Source: Halanaerobiales bacterium | GTDB lineage: Bacteria; Bacillota; Halanaerobiia; Halanaerobiales; M55B127 | Direction: 5' to 3' | Assembly: GCA_018399995.1 (NCBI GenBank) | Contig: JAGYMU010000003.1 | Coordinates: 2,873-66,872 of the forward strand | Length of the DNA: 64,000 bases | Shown here: one piece after another, positions 28,138-38,065 of the stretch | Numbering within the stretch: position 1 is the first letter of the stretch | How the letters are laid out: every line of letters starts with the position of its first letter | The notes under the pieces: generated by a model | What the model was told of the DNA's origin: nothing | Database searches by the model: none | Seen by the model: only the letters and a program-made list of their open reading frames with translations | Made by a program: the position numbers and the translations under genes

Positions 28138-29673
28138 GTGGTTGAAAATAAAGTATTAATTATCGATTTTGGAGGTCAATATAGTCAATTAATTGCCAGA
28201 AGAATAAGAGAATTTAATGTTTATTCAATGATCAAATCATATAAAATATCAAGTCAAGAAATTGCAGAAATAAACCCAATTGCCCTTATTTTTTCAGGTG
28301 GTCCGAACAGTGTTACAGGTCCTGATTCTCCTCATATAGATCCCGATATCTTTAATTTGGGGATACCTATTTTAGGCATTTGTTATGGTATGCAACTGAT
28401 GGCCTCAATGTTGAGAGGTGGAATTGTTAAAAAGGCTGTTCAGGGGGAATATGGCAAGGCAAGCTTACATATTAAAAAAGATACTGGTATTTTATACAAT
28501 ATTGAAGACAAAACTCAGGTGTGGATGAGCCACGGTGATCAGGTTGTAAAACTACCTGAGGGTTTTGAAAATATAGCCGATACAGAGGTTACAGATGTAG
28601 CAGTAATGGCTAATTCCAAAAAGAAATTCTATGGTGTTCAGTTTCATCCAGAAGTGTTACATACTTTAAAGGGTAAAGACATATTACATAACTTTCTTTT
28701 TAGAGAATGTAATGCTCAAGCAGAATGGACCATGGCCGATTATATCTATGAAGAAATCAATAAAATTAGCGATGAGGTTAAAGAAGAAAAGGTAATCTGT
28801 GGTTTATCGGGAGGAGTGGATTCTTCTGTAGCATCTGCTATAGTATATAAGGCGATTAAAGAACAGTTAACCTGTATTTTTGTGGACCACGGCCTATTAA
28901 GAAAGGGAGAAGCAAAAGAAGTTAGAAGAACTTTTGAAGAAGAATTTAACATTCCTCTAGTATATGTAAATGCTAAAGATAGATTTTTAAATAAATTAAC
29001 TGGAGTTATTGATCCGGAAGAAAAAAGAAAGATCATTGGAGAAGAATTCATTCGAATTTTTGAAGAGGAGGCTTCTAAAATCAAGGGTGCCCGTTATCTG
29101 GTACAGGGGACTATTTATTCAGATGTCATCGAAAGTGGGAGTGAACATGCTGCAATGATTAAAAGCCATCATAATGTAGGTGGTTTACCAGAAGATATGG
29201 ATCTTAAATTAATTGAGCCACTGAGGATGCTTTTTAAAGATGAAGTCAGAAAAATCGGAGAAGTGTTGGGACTTCCAGAAGAAATTGTTTGGAGACAGCC
29301 CTTTCCAGGTCCGGGACTTGCCATAAGAATTATTGGAGAAATAGATTCTAAAAAGCTTACCATCTTGCAAAATGCAGATGCTATCTTTAGGGAAGAAATC
29401 AGAGAAGCTGGATTATCGAGAGAGATCTGGCAGTCTTTTGCAGTTTTACCTGATCTGAGAAGTGTGGGAGTTATGGGAGATGATAGAACATATGGTTTTC
29501 CTATTATTTTAAGAGCAGTCAAGAGTGATGATGCGATGACTGCTGATTGGGCTCAACTACCTTATGATCTTTTGGAAGAAGTTTCAAATCGAATTGTTAA
29601 TGAAGTTAATGAAGTAAATAGAGTGGTTTATGATATTACTTCAAAACCACCAGCAACAATTGAATGGGAATAG
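28138..29673 (+). CDS. guaA: GMP synthase (glutamine-hydrolysing)
   Basis: GATase CYGMQ, ATP-PPase SGGVDSS, and C-terminus [12 protein letters not shown] 28138 follows a GGGAGGAG RBS; the ORF is open from 28108. Confidence 0.96.
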   Translation: MVENKVLIIDFGGQYSQLIARRIREFNVYSMIKSYKISSQEIAEINPIALIFSGGPNSVTGPDSPHIDPDIFNLGIPILGICYGMQLMASMLRGGIVKKAVQGEYGKASLHIKKDTGILYNIEDKTQVWMSHGDQVVKLPEGFENIADTEVTDVAVMANSKKKFYGVQFHPEVLHTLKGKDILHNFLFRECNAQAEWTMADYIYEEINKISDEVKEEKVICGLSGGVDSSVASAIVYKAIKEQLTCIFVDHGLLRKGEAKEVRRTFEEEFNIPLVYVNAKDRFLNKLTGVIDPEEKRKIIGEEFIRIFEEEASKIKGARYLVQGTIYSDVIESGSEHAAMIKSHHNVGGLPEDMDLKLIEPLRMLFKDEVRKIGEVLGLPEEIVWRQPFPGPGLAIRIIGEIDSKKLTILQNADAIFREEIREAGLSREIWQSFAVLPDLRSVGVMGDDRTYGFPIILRAVKSDDAMTADWAQLPYDLLEEVSNRIVNEVNEVNRVVYDITSKPPATIEWE

Positions 29674-29692
29674 GATGGGAGTGGACAGATCA

Positions 29693-31084
29693 ATGAGTAA
29701 AGAAAAATATGATGTAATAATTGTGGGAACAGGTCCTACCGGTATATTTACAGTTTTAGAATTATTAAAAATTAATGCTGATTTAGATATATTGATGTTG
29801 GAAAAAGGTAAAGATATTAATGAAAGAGAGTGTCCAATGAAACAAAATCCCGGTCAGGGTTGCCTTAACTGTGATAGTTGTTCAGTTGTTTCTGGTTGGG
29901 GCGGTGCTGGAGCATACAGTGATGGTAAGCTATCATTATCTCCTAAAATAGGTGGCCATCTGGAAGAATATATCGGATTGGATAGTTTAAAAACCCTTAT
30001 ATCTTATGCAGATAAAATTTATCTTAAGTTTGGTGCGCCTGACAGGGTATTTGGAGGAGACAAATCTAAAATAGAAGATATAAAGGGAAAGGCTATCAAA
30101 TCACAATTAAAATTCATACCCGCTAAGTTAAGACATCTGGGAACAGGCTATACAAGAACAGTTTTAACAAATATGAAAGAATATATTGAAAGCAAGGGTG
30201 TAGAAATTAAGTTTAGAGTCAATGTAAAAGAATTTATAATAAAAGATGAAAAAATAAAAGGAGTTATAAGCTCAGATGGACAAAAATATAAGGGTAAATA
30301 TATAGTAACAGCCCCGGGTAGAGAAAATGCAGATTGGTTAAGCTCACTGGCACCAAAATTAGGTATAAATACGAGTATTAATCCTGTTGATATTGGAATA
30401 AGAGTTGAAACGTCTGCAGTTATAACAGAGCAACTTACAGAAAGCCTCTATGAGTCAAAGTTAATTTATCAAACCCCTACATTTGATGATAAGGTTAGAA
30501 CCTTTTGTATGTCACCCTATGGAGAAGTTGTTAATGAAAATAATCAGGGTCTGATTACTGTAAATGGACACAGCCATTCTGATATTAAGACAGAAAATAC
30601 TAATTTTGCCTTATTAGTCAGCAAAACATTTACGGAGCCATTCCATGAACCTATTACATATGGTAAAAATATAGCTAAACTGGCTAATTTATTGGGTGGA
30701 GGAGTTTTGATTCAGAGATTAGGTGATCTACTGGAGGGGCATCGCTCAACTCCCGAGAGGATTAATAGAGGAATTATAGAGCCGACCTTAAAAGAAGCAA
30801 CCCCCGGTGATTTAAGCTTGGTTTTTCCTTACCGGCATCTAAAAGGTCTAATTGAAATGCTGGATGCTTTAGATAATTTAGCCCCGGGACTCTATTCAAG
30901 GGATACCCTTTTATACGGTGTTGAGGTTAAATTTTATTCAAATAGAATTGAAGTGAACAATAATCTAGAAACAAAAATAAATAATTTATATACAGCTGGT
31001 GATGGAGCAGGAATAACGCGTGGATTAATGCAAGCGTCTGTTTCCGGTATAGTAATTGCCAGAAATATACTTGATAAGGAATAA
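29693..31084 (+). CDS. FAD-dependent oxidoreductase (COG2509-like)
   Basis: YDVIIVGTGPTG dinucleotide-binding motif and C-terminal YTAGDGAGITRG. ATG 29693 follows GGGAGTGG; the upstream part of the ORF overlaps guaA. Confidence 0.8.
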   Translation: MSKEKYDVIIVGTGPTGIFTVLELLKINADLDILMLEKGKDINERECPMKQNPGQGCLNCDSCSVVSGWGGAGAYSDGKLSLSPKIGGHLEEYIGLDSLKTLISYADKIYLKFGAPDRVFGGDKSKIEDIKGKAIKSQLKFIPAKLRHLGTGYTRTVLTNMKEYIESKGVEIKFRVNVKEFIIKDEKIKGVISSDGQKYKGKYIVTAPGRENADWLSSLAPKLGINTSINPVDIGIRVETSAVITEQLTESLYESKLIYQTPTFDDKVRTFCMSPYGEVVNENNQGLITVNGHSHSDIKTENTNFALLVSKTFTEPFHEPITYGKNIAKLANLLGGGVLIQRLGDLLEGHRSTPERINRGIIEPTLKEATPGDLSLVFPYRHLKGLIEMLDALDNLAPGLYSRDTLLYGVEVKFYSNRIEVNNNLETKINNLYTAGDGAGITRGLMQASVSGIVIARNILDKE

Positions 31085-31088
31085 TAGC

Positions 31089-31772
31089 ATGTATCCCTGT
31101 AATAATATTAAAAAAACTATGGGTTTAAAAGATGGTTTAGAGACTGTATTTAAAATTTTATATGAAAATTTCGGACCGCAAGATTGGTGGCCGGCGGAAA
31201 GCAGATTGGAAATCATAATCGGTGCGATTTTGACACAGGCTGTTAGTTGGTCTAATGTTGAGATTGCTTTAAATAATTTAAAAAATAATAATTTGTTAGA
31301 TATTGATAGTTTAGATAAGCTCGACCAAGATAAACTGGCTGAGTTAATCAAGGCTTCTGGATATTATAATATGAAAGCAAAAAAGATCAAAGCTTTTACC
31401 CATTTTATTATAAAAGAATACAATGGAAATTTAGATAATCTCGTTAACTGTAATTCCCAAAAGATCAAAAAAGAACTACTTGAAGTATATGGAATTGGAC
31501 CAGAAACAGCTGATTCAATATTATTATATGCTTATCAAAAGCCTTTTTTTATTATTGATAGTTATACCAGAAGAGTATTAACAAGGATAGGCTATATAAA
31601 AGAGGACATAACATATGATCGTTTACAATATTTGTTTATAAATAATCTATCAAAGGATCCTCAACTATATAATGAATTCCATGCATTATTAGTAAATCTG
31701 GGCAAAAATTACTGCTTAAAAAATTCACCTATGTGTAGTGAATGTCCGCTAAAAAAAATTGAGGAGGAGTAA
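31089..31772 (+). CDS. Endonuclease III-related HhH-GPD DNA glycosylase with Fe-S loop
   Basis: HhH segment (LLEVYGIGPETADSILLY) and C-terminal C-x6-C-x2-C-P (CLKNSPMCSECP). Confidence 0.8.
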   Translation: MYPCNNIKKTMGLKDGLETVFKILYENFGPQDWWPAESRLEIIIGAILTQAVSWSNVEIALNNLKNNNLLDIDSLDKLDQDKLAELIKASGYYNMKAKKIKAFTHFIIKEYNGNLDNLVNCNSQKIKKELLEVYGIGPETADSILLYAYQKPFFIIDSYTRRVLTRIGYIKEDITYDRLQYLFINNLSKDPQLYNEFHALLVNLGKNYCLKNSPMCSECPLKKIEEE

Positions 31773-31776
31773 AGCA

Positions 31777-32103
31777 ATGTTAATAGTTAATACCCAAGAA
31801 ATTGTAGGTAAAAAAGTCACTGAGGTTTTGGGATTGGTCAGAGGTAATACTATTAGAGCTAGACATATTGGGAATGATATTGTGGCTGGACTAAGAAATA
31901 TAGTGGGCGGTGAAGTTAAAGAATATACTAAGATGATTAGTGAAGCCCGGGAAGAATCTCTTAAAAGAATGATCGAAGAAGCAGAAGATTTAAATGCTGA
32001 TGCTGTTTTAAATGTAAGGTTCACCACTTCACAGGTTATGGGTGGGGCTGCAGAAATACTAGTCTATGGTACCGCTGTCAAAATGGAAAAAAAGAACAAA
32101 TAA
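31777..32103 (+). CDS. YbjQ/UPF0145 family protein
   Basis: Typical pattern ...GLVRGNTIRARHIGNDI..GLRNIVGGE...A.NVRF. ATG follows a GAGGAGGAG RBS. Confidence 0.85.
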   Translation: MLIVNTQEIVGKKVTEVLGLVRGNTIRARHIGNDIVAGLRNIVGGEVKEYTKMISEAREESLKRMIEEAEDLNADAVLNVRFTTSQVMGGAAEILVYGTAVKMEKKNK

Positions 32104-32176
32104 AGGGTCAATAAGCTTCACTATTAGTTTTTAAAAAAGAGAAAAGAAAATACTAGTATTGCTGGGAGTGTAAATA

Positions 32177-33937
32177 ATGGAAATGAGATGGGCTTTAGAT
32201 TCTTTGTATCCAGGATTAGACTTAGATGAATTTCAAAATGACAGAAAGAAATTTAATGATAATATTGAAGGATTGACTGAATATAATTTTTCAGAAAATG
32301 ATAATCAAATTAAAACTGCTGAAAAGTTTGTTGAGTTATTAAAGGAACACTACAAATTATCTTTAAAAATGCTTGCCTTTTTGAGATTATCAGTTAGCGT
32401 GGATGCACAAAACGAATCGGCCTTAAAGATGAGTGAAATATTGGAAAAAGAAATGGTCAAAATTACAAAAAAAATGGTTGAATTCCAAACCTGGCTGAGC
32501 AAAATAAAAGATAGGAATAGATTATATCAGAATTCTGATCTTTTAAAAGAACACAAATTTTTAATAGAAGAAATGGTAGAAAAAAGCGAGTATCTTCTTT
32601 CTGAAGATGAAGAAGAAATTATTGCTGAAATGAAACAAACTGGTTCTTCAGCCTGGACGAAATTACAGGAAAAACTTACCTCTACTTTACAGGTGCCTAT
32701 TGAAATTGAGGGAGAAAGTAAAAAAATGCCTTTGCCGGTAGTAAGAAATATGGCCTATAAGAAGGATCCCGAAATCAGAAAAAAGGCCTATCAAGCTGAA
32801 CTAGAATCCTATAAAAAAATTGAAAAAGGAGTTGCAGCAGCTTTAAATGGTATAAAAGGAGAAGTAATTACTATAACTAAAAGAAGAGGTTATAGTTCAC
32901 CCCTTGAGGAGGCTCTTATTAACTCTAGATTGAAAAAAGAGACACTGCAGGCTTTACTTAAAGCTATAAAAGACAAGTTATATATTTTTAGAGATTTTTA
33001 TAAAACAAAAGCAAAAATACTAGGCCATAAAAATGGTTTAGCTTATTATGATTTATTTGCACCGCTGGGTGAAAAAGAAATGGAATTTAGTTATCAAGAA
33101 GCGCGCGAATTCATTATTTCAAACATCAAAGAATTTAGTCCAGATATGGCAGATTTATATCTTACCGCCTTTCAGAATAACTGGATAGATGCAGAGCCCA
33201 GGGAAGGTAAAAGAGGTGGCGCCTTTTGTTATAATCTGCACCCAATTAAAGAAAGCAGAATTTTAAGCAACTTCACCGGGTCTTTTAGCGATGTTACTAC
33301 TTTGGCTCATGAATTAGGACATGCTTATCACGGTCACTGTCTGGAAGATGAAAGTATACTCAATTCTAATTATCCGATGCCCTTAGCTGAAACAGCTTCC
33401 ATATTTAGTGAAACAATCGTGACGGAGGCGGCTTTAAACAAAGCAGATAAAGAACAGGCATATTCAATTTTAGAAAATTATATAACATCAGCTGCTCAGG
33501 TGATCGTTGATATTTACAGCAGATTTCTTTTTGAAGAAGAGCTCTTTGAAAAGAGAAAGTTAAGTTCTTTAAGTGTAAAAGAATTGAAAAACATGGTTGA
33601 AAGGGCTCAGAAAAAAGCGTATGGAGATGGATTGAATCACAATTATTTGCATCCATATATGTGGCTTAATAAACCACATTATTATTCTGCAGATAATAAT
33701 TATTATAACTTTCCCTATGCATTTGGTCTTCTGTTTGGTCTTGGAATATATGCTCTAAGCAAGGAGACAGAAGATGATTTTATGTCTCAATACAGAAATT
33801 TATTGAAAGAGACCGGTAAAAACAAAATAGAAGATGTAGCAAAAATTTTTGAGATTGATATCAATACAAAAGAATTCTGGCTTAATTCTTTAAAAGTAAT
33901 AGAAACTAAGATAAATGAGTTTAAAAAATTAGTATAA
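32177..33937 (+). CDS. pepF: M3B oligoendopeptidase F family
   Basis: Zn-binding HELGHAYH and a downstream E ligand (PLAETASIFSE). Length ~590 aa. Confidence 0.88.
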   Translation: MEMRWALDSLYPGLDLDEFQNDRKKFNDNIEGLTEYNFSENDNQIKTAEKFVELLKEHYKLSLKMLAFLRLSVSVDAQNESALKMSEILEKEMVKITKKMVEFQTWLSKIKDRNRLYQNSDLLKEHKFLIEEMVEKSEYLLSEDEEEIIAEMKQTGSSAWTKLQEKLTSTLQVPIEIEGESKKMPLPVVRNMAYKKDPEIRKKAYQAELESYKKIEKGVAAALNGIKGEVITITKRRGYSSPLEEALINSRLKKETLQALLKAIKDKLYIFRDFYKTKAKILGHKNGLAYYDLFAPLGEKEMEFSYQEAREFIISNIKEFSPDMADLYLTAFQNNWIDAEPREGKRGGAFCYNLHPIKESRILSNFTGSFSDVTTLAHELGHAYHGHCLEDESILNSNYPMPLAETASIFSETIVTEAALNKADKEQAYSILENYITSAAQVIVDIYSRFLFEEELFEKRKLSSLSVKELKNMVERAQKKAYGDGLNHNYLHPYMWLNKPHYYSADNNYYNFPYAFGLLFGLGIYALSKETEDDFMSQYRNLLKETGKNKIEDVAKIFEIDINTKEFWLNSLKVIETKINEFKKLV

Positions 33938-33997
33938 AAATAAAATTTTTTTAAGTATTATTTTAATGGATATCTTCTGTAAGAAGGTGAATTTAAA

Positions 33998-34471
33998 TTG
34001 ATAGAATTTGAAATCCCCGGTTTTAAAGAATTTAAAATAGAAAATATTGTCCTAGATTATAATGGAACTTTAGCATACCATGGTCAGTTAATAGAAGGGA
34101 TAGAGGAAAAATTAAACTTTTTAAGCAAAAAAGCCGATATACATATTGTTACCGCAGATACATTTGGATGTGTAAAAGAGGAAATTAAAAATAAAGCATT
34201 GAATATTGTAGTTTTAGATAAAAAAACAAATGGTAGTGAAAACAAGCGAAATTTTATTAATAGTCTAAATGCAGAAAGAACGATTGCTATTGGAAATGGA
34301 AGTAATGATGCAGCTATGCTCAAAACAGCCGCTATTGGAATTGCAGTTATGGGCAAAGAAGGTGTATCAAAAAAATGTCTTACAAATTCTGATTTGCTAA
34401 TCGGTGATATACATAACGCCCTTGATTTATTTATTAATGTTAAGAGTTTAATAGCAACATTAAGAAAGTAG
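33998..34471 (+). CDS. HAD-superfamily hydrolase (soluble P-type-ATPase-like, COG4087-like)
   Basis: VLDYNGT (DxxGT-like motif I variant) and GNGSNDAAMLKTAAIGIAV (motif III/IV). Confidence 0.7.
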   Translation: MIEFEIPGFKEFKIENIVLDYNGTLAYHGQLIEGIEEKLNFLSKKADIHIVTADTFGCVKEEIKNKALNIVVLDKKTNGSENKRNFINSLNAERTIAIGNGSNDAAMLKTAAIGIAVMGKEGVSKKCLTNSDLLIGDIHNALDLFINVKSLIATLRK

Positions 34472-34480
34472 GTTATTTTT

Positions 34481-35380
34481 ATGAAAATAAATAGCTTAAG
34501 AACTTTTGTCCAGTTGATTGACACTGGTAGTTATTCAATTGCAGCTGATAGAATAGGTTTAACTCAACCTGCTGTTAGTATGCAGATTAAAAAGTTAGAA
34601 GACAATTTTGCTACAGATTTAATAATAAAAGAAGAGGGTGCTTTGATTTTAACGCCAGCCGGTAAAGCTGTTTATGATTATAGCAAAGACATTTTAGACA
34701 AGTGGGAGAAATTAGTTTTCGAAGTTGAAAATAAAAAGAATAAACATTATAAAAATATCATTATAGGAGCAAGTACTATACCTTCAGAATATATATTGCC
34801 TGATATATTGGCTGAATTATCTAAAAATAGGCCGGAGATAAAATCTTCAATTGAAGTTGGAGACAGTGCGGAGATGATCGAATTATTAGAAAAAAAGGAA
34901 GTTGATTTGATATTAGTGGGTTATAAGCCAACGTCCTCTAAATTTGAAATTATAGAAGTAGTAGAAGATAAAGTAAAGTTAATTATACCTTTAGAACATT
35001 CCTTAGCAGAAAGGGATGTAGTTAAGTTAATTAACCTCAAAGAAGAAGATATTGTAATTAGAGAAACTGGTTCGGGTACCAGAAAAGCGATGTTGAGTGT
35101 TTTTAAAAGAGCTAATTTAAATATAAATGACTTAAATATAAAATGCAAATTGGGTAGTACAGAAGCAGTAATATCAGCAGTACAGGCGGGATTAGGCATC
35201 TCTTTTGTTTCTAAATTTGCTTCTTCTAAGGCTCAAAAATGTGGTAGAATAAGAGAAATAAGTGTAGAAGATGTGAATTTAACACGTAAATTTTATCTGG
35301 CATATAATAAAAATAAAAAAGATGACGAATTAATTAAAAAACTTATTAGTATATGTAAAAAAATGGTTAATTTAGTTTAG
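34481..35380 (+). CDS. LysR-family transcriptional regulator
   Basis: N-terminal wHTH (FVQLIDTGSYSIAADRIGLTQPAVSMQIKKLE) plus a LysR substrate-binding domain. Confidence 0.9.
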   Translation: MKINSLRTFVQLIDTGSYSIAADRIGLTQPAVSMQIKKLEDNFATDLIIKEEGALILTPAGKAVYDYSKDILDKWEKLVFEVENKKNKHYKNIIIGASTIPSEYILPDILAELSKNRPEIKSSIEVGDSAEMIELLEKKEVDLILVGYKPTSSKFEIIEVVEDKVKLIIPLEHSLAERDVVKLINLKEEDIVIRETGSGTRKAMLSVFKRANLNINDLNIKCKLGSTEAVISAVQAGLGISFVSKFASSKAQKCGRIREISVEDVNLTRKFYLAYNKNKKDDELIKKLISICKKMVNLV

Positions 35381-35702
35381 AAAACTGATATTTTTTGTAA
35401 TAAAAGAATTGATTAAAATTTATAAGTCATAGAAAAAATCTTAGATATATGCAATATTAATGGAAATAAGGCTATTATAATTATGTATTTGAAAAAATAT
35501 CCAAAGGATTATAAAACAATACTGGATAGTTTGTATTATATATAAAAATACTTTATATGTTTAAACCATGCGATTTATTTTATCTAAAACAGCCAAGAAT
35601 ATACCACCTAAAGCTGCGATCTAGGTGGTAATAAATTGGCTATTTTAAATTTAATTAAATATTGAATTTACAAATTATAAAAAATTATGAATAATCTCAG
35701 GT

Positions 35703-35852
35703 ATGTGTATAAAATGTGGAAATTGTGTAGAAGAATGTCCAAATTTTTCTCTTCATTTAGGAGAAAAAAGTACAGAGGTAGATTATTCAAAATGTGTTTA
35801 ATGCGTATACTGTAACAGGGTATGTTCTGAATTAGCGATTAGAATTGTTTAA
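35703..35852 (+). pseudogene. Small 2x[4Fe-4S] ferredoxin interrupted by an in-frame TAA
   Basis: The translation reads MCIKCGNCVEECP...SKCV*CVYCNRVCSE. The stop (35799-35801) sits at an x position of the second CxxCxxCxxxC motif. Confidence 0.6.
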
Positions 35853-35931
35853 ATATTGATTGAACCAATCCTTTATTACCAAAGAAGACATCTATTTAAT
35901 TTATAAAATATATTTTAAGCGAGGGAATTTA

Positions 35932-37158
35932 ATGAATATAGCAGGAATTATTATTGGATTCATGTTAATTTTAATACTTAACTATAGGGATGTAAACTTA
36001 GGTCTTTCCATAATTTTGGGAGCTATAATAGGTGGTTTACTAAGTGGGATTGATTTATTACGCCTACCTCAAATCTTATTTTTTACATTAAGGGAATATA
36101 CTACAATAAGATTAGCGTTAATGATGATATTAATTAGTGGATTGGGTTATATATTGGAACAAAATGATGATTTGAATATTATGGTTAATTCTTTTTTAAA
36201 AATTTTCAGTAGTAGCAAACCATTAATTGTTTTATTTCCATCACTTATTGCAACCTTATCTGTACCGGGAGGAGCTATACTTTCTGCTCCTATGGTTGAT
36301 AAGAGTGGAGATGCGATTGAATTATCTTATGCAAATAAGACCGCTTCCAATCTCTTTTATCGACATATATTTTTTTTAGTATATCCTTTATATCCTTCTT
36401 TAATAGTAGCAGCTGATTTATTTGATGTACATGAATTATCTCTCATTAAATATAATATCTTTATAACCTTAGTTGGATTAGTTGTTGCTTATTTTATATT
36501 TTTTTATGACAATGATAGCAAAGTATCGGCCGAAAAAAACGAAGTTAATATTGAATATTTTCAGGAGATTAAACAGATCTTATTAAGTCTTAGTCCGATC
36601 ATAATTGTATTAGTTTTATCTTTAATCTTTAATGTAGAATTTGTTATCTCACTTTTTATAGCTACTATTTGGGGCTTCTTTAGATATTTATATAAACAGA
36701 GAAGAGATTATAAAATAATATACAACTACTTTACCAATGGTATTAATTATAATTTAGTAGCGGTGATAATTGGTGTTATGATTTTTAAAAATATTGTCGA
36801 AGTAAGTGGATTTTCATCTATAATTGCAAACATGCTTAATCAAATAGGGCTTCCTTTAATTATGATAATTCCTGTCTTGGGTCTGGTTGTTAGTTTCTTT
36901 CTTGGTTCTAATATAGCAGCTTTGGGAATACTAGCACCTATATTCATCCCCTTATTTCCCGCAGGCAATTTGGCTCCATATTTGTCATTTTTATTTATTT
37001 CAACGTATATTGGCTATAATTTATCACCAATACATTTATGTCTGGTATTAACAAAAGAATATTTTGATATAGGTTATTTTGAAACCTATAGTAAACTAGT
37101 TATGCCTTTTGCAGCTATGTTATTTGCTGCAATTTTTCAATTTATATATTTGAGTTGA
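35932..37158 (+). CDS. Polytopic membrane protein, transporter-like (DUF401-like)
   Basis: About 10-12 hydrophobic helices. ATG 35932 follows a GAGGGA RBS. The family assignment is tentative. Confidence 0.55.
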   Translation: MNIAGIIIGFMLILILNYRDVNLGLSIILGAIIGGLLSGIDLLRLPQILFFTLREYTTIRLALMMILISGLGYILEQNDDLNIMVNSFLKIFSSSKPLIVLFPSLIATLSVPGGAILSAPMVDKSGDAIELSYANKTASNLFYRHIFFLVYPLYPSLIVAADLFDVHELSLIKYNIFITLVGLVVAYFIFFYDNDSKVSAEKNEVNIEYFQEIKQILLSLSPIIIVLVLSLIFNVEFVISLFIATIWGFFRYLYKQRRDYKIIYNYFTNGINYNLVAVIIGVMIFKNIVEVSGFSSIIANMLNQIGLPLIMIIPVLGLVVSFFLGSNIAALGILAPIFIPLFPAGNLAPYLSFLFISTYIGYNLSPIHLCLVLTKEYFDIGYFETYSKLVMPFAAMLFAAIFQFIYLS

Positions 37159-37176
37159 TGAATAAAAAAGGAAGAT

Positions 37177-37269
37177 GATTCACTAGGATTTCTTTGCTCT
37201 AAACGGGTAAGTTATCTAGATGGTGTTTCAATTGTATTGGATGGCGGTGGCAGTCATTCCAACTTATAA
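37177..37269 (+). pseudogene. C-terminal remnant of a short-chain dehydrogenase/reductase gene
   Basis: The frame reads DSLGFLCSKRVSYLDGVSIVLDGGGSHSNL*, resembling the SDR C-terminal FL.S..ASYITG..L.VDGG signature. No N-terminal part is present. Confidence 0.5.
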
Positions 37270-37448
37270 TACAGGTTATTATTTATTTTATATTCGGGTA
37301 AATAATAAATTTATAAGATTTTAACTAATGATTTTGTATATCAATAAAGAGGATATCTAAAAGAAATATCCAATATTTATTATAGAAGGGATGATTTAAA
37401 TAGCAGAAGTTTTCACTATTTATTTTAAAAATGAAAGGAAGTGTCAAG

Positions 37449-37892
37449 ATGATCAGAGTAGGAGATAGGCTGCCTGACTTTTGTTTAAAAGACCAAAGTG
37501 GAAATGAATATAATCGTGCAGATTTTTCAGATCAAAGATTGGTGTTGTTCTTTTATATTAAAGATAATACACCTGGCTGAAAAAAGGAAGCAGTTGCTTT
37601 TCAAAAGCAGCTAAAAACCCTGGAGGGGTTAGAGACAAAAATTGTAGGTGTAAGTAAAGATGGGGTAGAGTCTCATAGAAAATTTGCAGAAGAATATGAC
37701 TTGACCTATCCTTTATTGGCTGATGTTGATAAAAAGTTAGCAGAAAAATTTGGCGTTCTTAACTTTATGGGAATATTTAAAAGAACGACATTCGTAATTT
37801 CTAAAGAACAAAATGTGATAAAGATATTTGATAAAGTAAAAGTAGCCGGTCACGCTGAGAAAGTAGTGGAGTATATTGAGAGTTTAGATTAA
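37449..37892 (+). CDS. bcp: Bcp-type peroxiredoxin with in-frame TGA at the peroxidatic Cys position (candidate selenocysteine; alternatively a pseudogene)
   Basis: Reading from ATG 37449 gives MIRVGDRLPDFCLKDQSG...LVLFFYIKDNTPG[TGA 37578-37580]KKEAVAFQ...VGVSKDGVESHRKFAEEYDLTYPLLADVDKK..., continuous with ORF 37701..37892 in the same frame. The Bcp consensus is FYPKDxTPGCTxEA. Confidence 0.7.
37592..37612 (+). other. Candidate bacterial SECIS hairpin
   Basis: AGUUGCUU-uucaa-AAGCAGCU (8 bp including one G.U) starts 11 nt after the UGA. An alternative small hairpin GGAAGC-aguu-GCUUUU lies at 37586-37601. Confidence 0.35.
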
Positions 37893-37911
37893 GAATAAAG
37901 CATTAAAAAAG

Positions 37912-37947
37912 AGTGATCTTGAAAGATAATCAGAGATCACTTTTTTT
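37912..37947. terminator. Bidirectional rho-independent terminator between the peroxiredoxin gene and tRNA-Pro
   Basis: An A-run, then AGTGATCT, a 14-nt loop, AGATCACT, then TTTTTTT. Confidence 0.8.
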
Positions 37948-38065
37948 GTTATTTTTTAATTTTAATTACTATAATCAAGAAAAATTATGCTGGTTGGTTT
38001 TTCTTTCCACGACATGCAAACAGGTGTAATTTATGTTATAATTATTAGGCATCATAAAATAAAAA

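Noticed and set aside
37578-37580. Treating the peroxiredoxin TGA simply as an inactivating nonsense mutation and the gene as a pseudogene.
   Set aside because: This is not fully rejected. It is down-weighted because the stop coincides exactly with the catalytic Cys codon, both halves of the gene remain intact and in frame, a hairpin sits at SECIS-like spacing, and a proper terminator follows the gene. The decision requires checking for selABCD in the genome.
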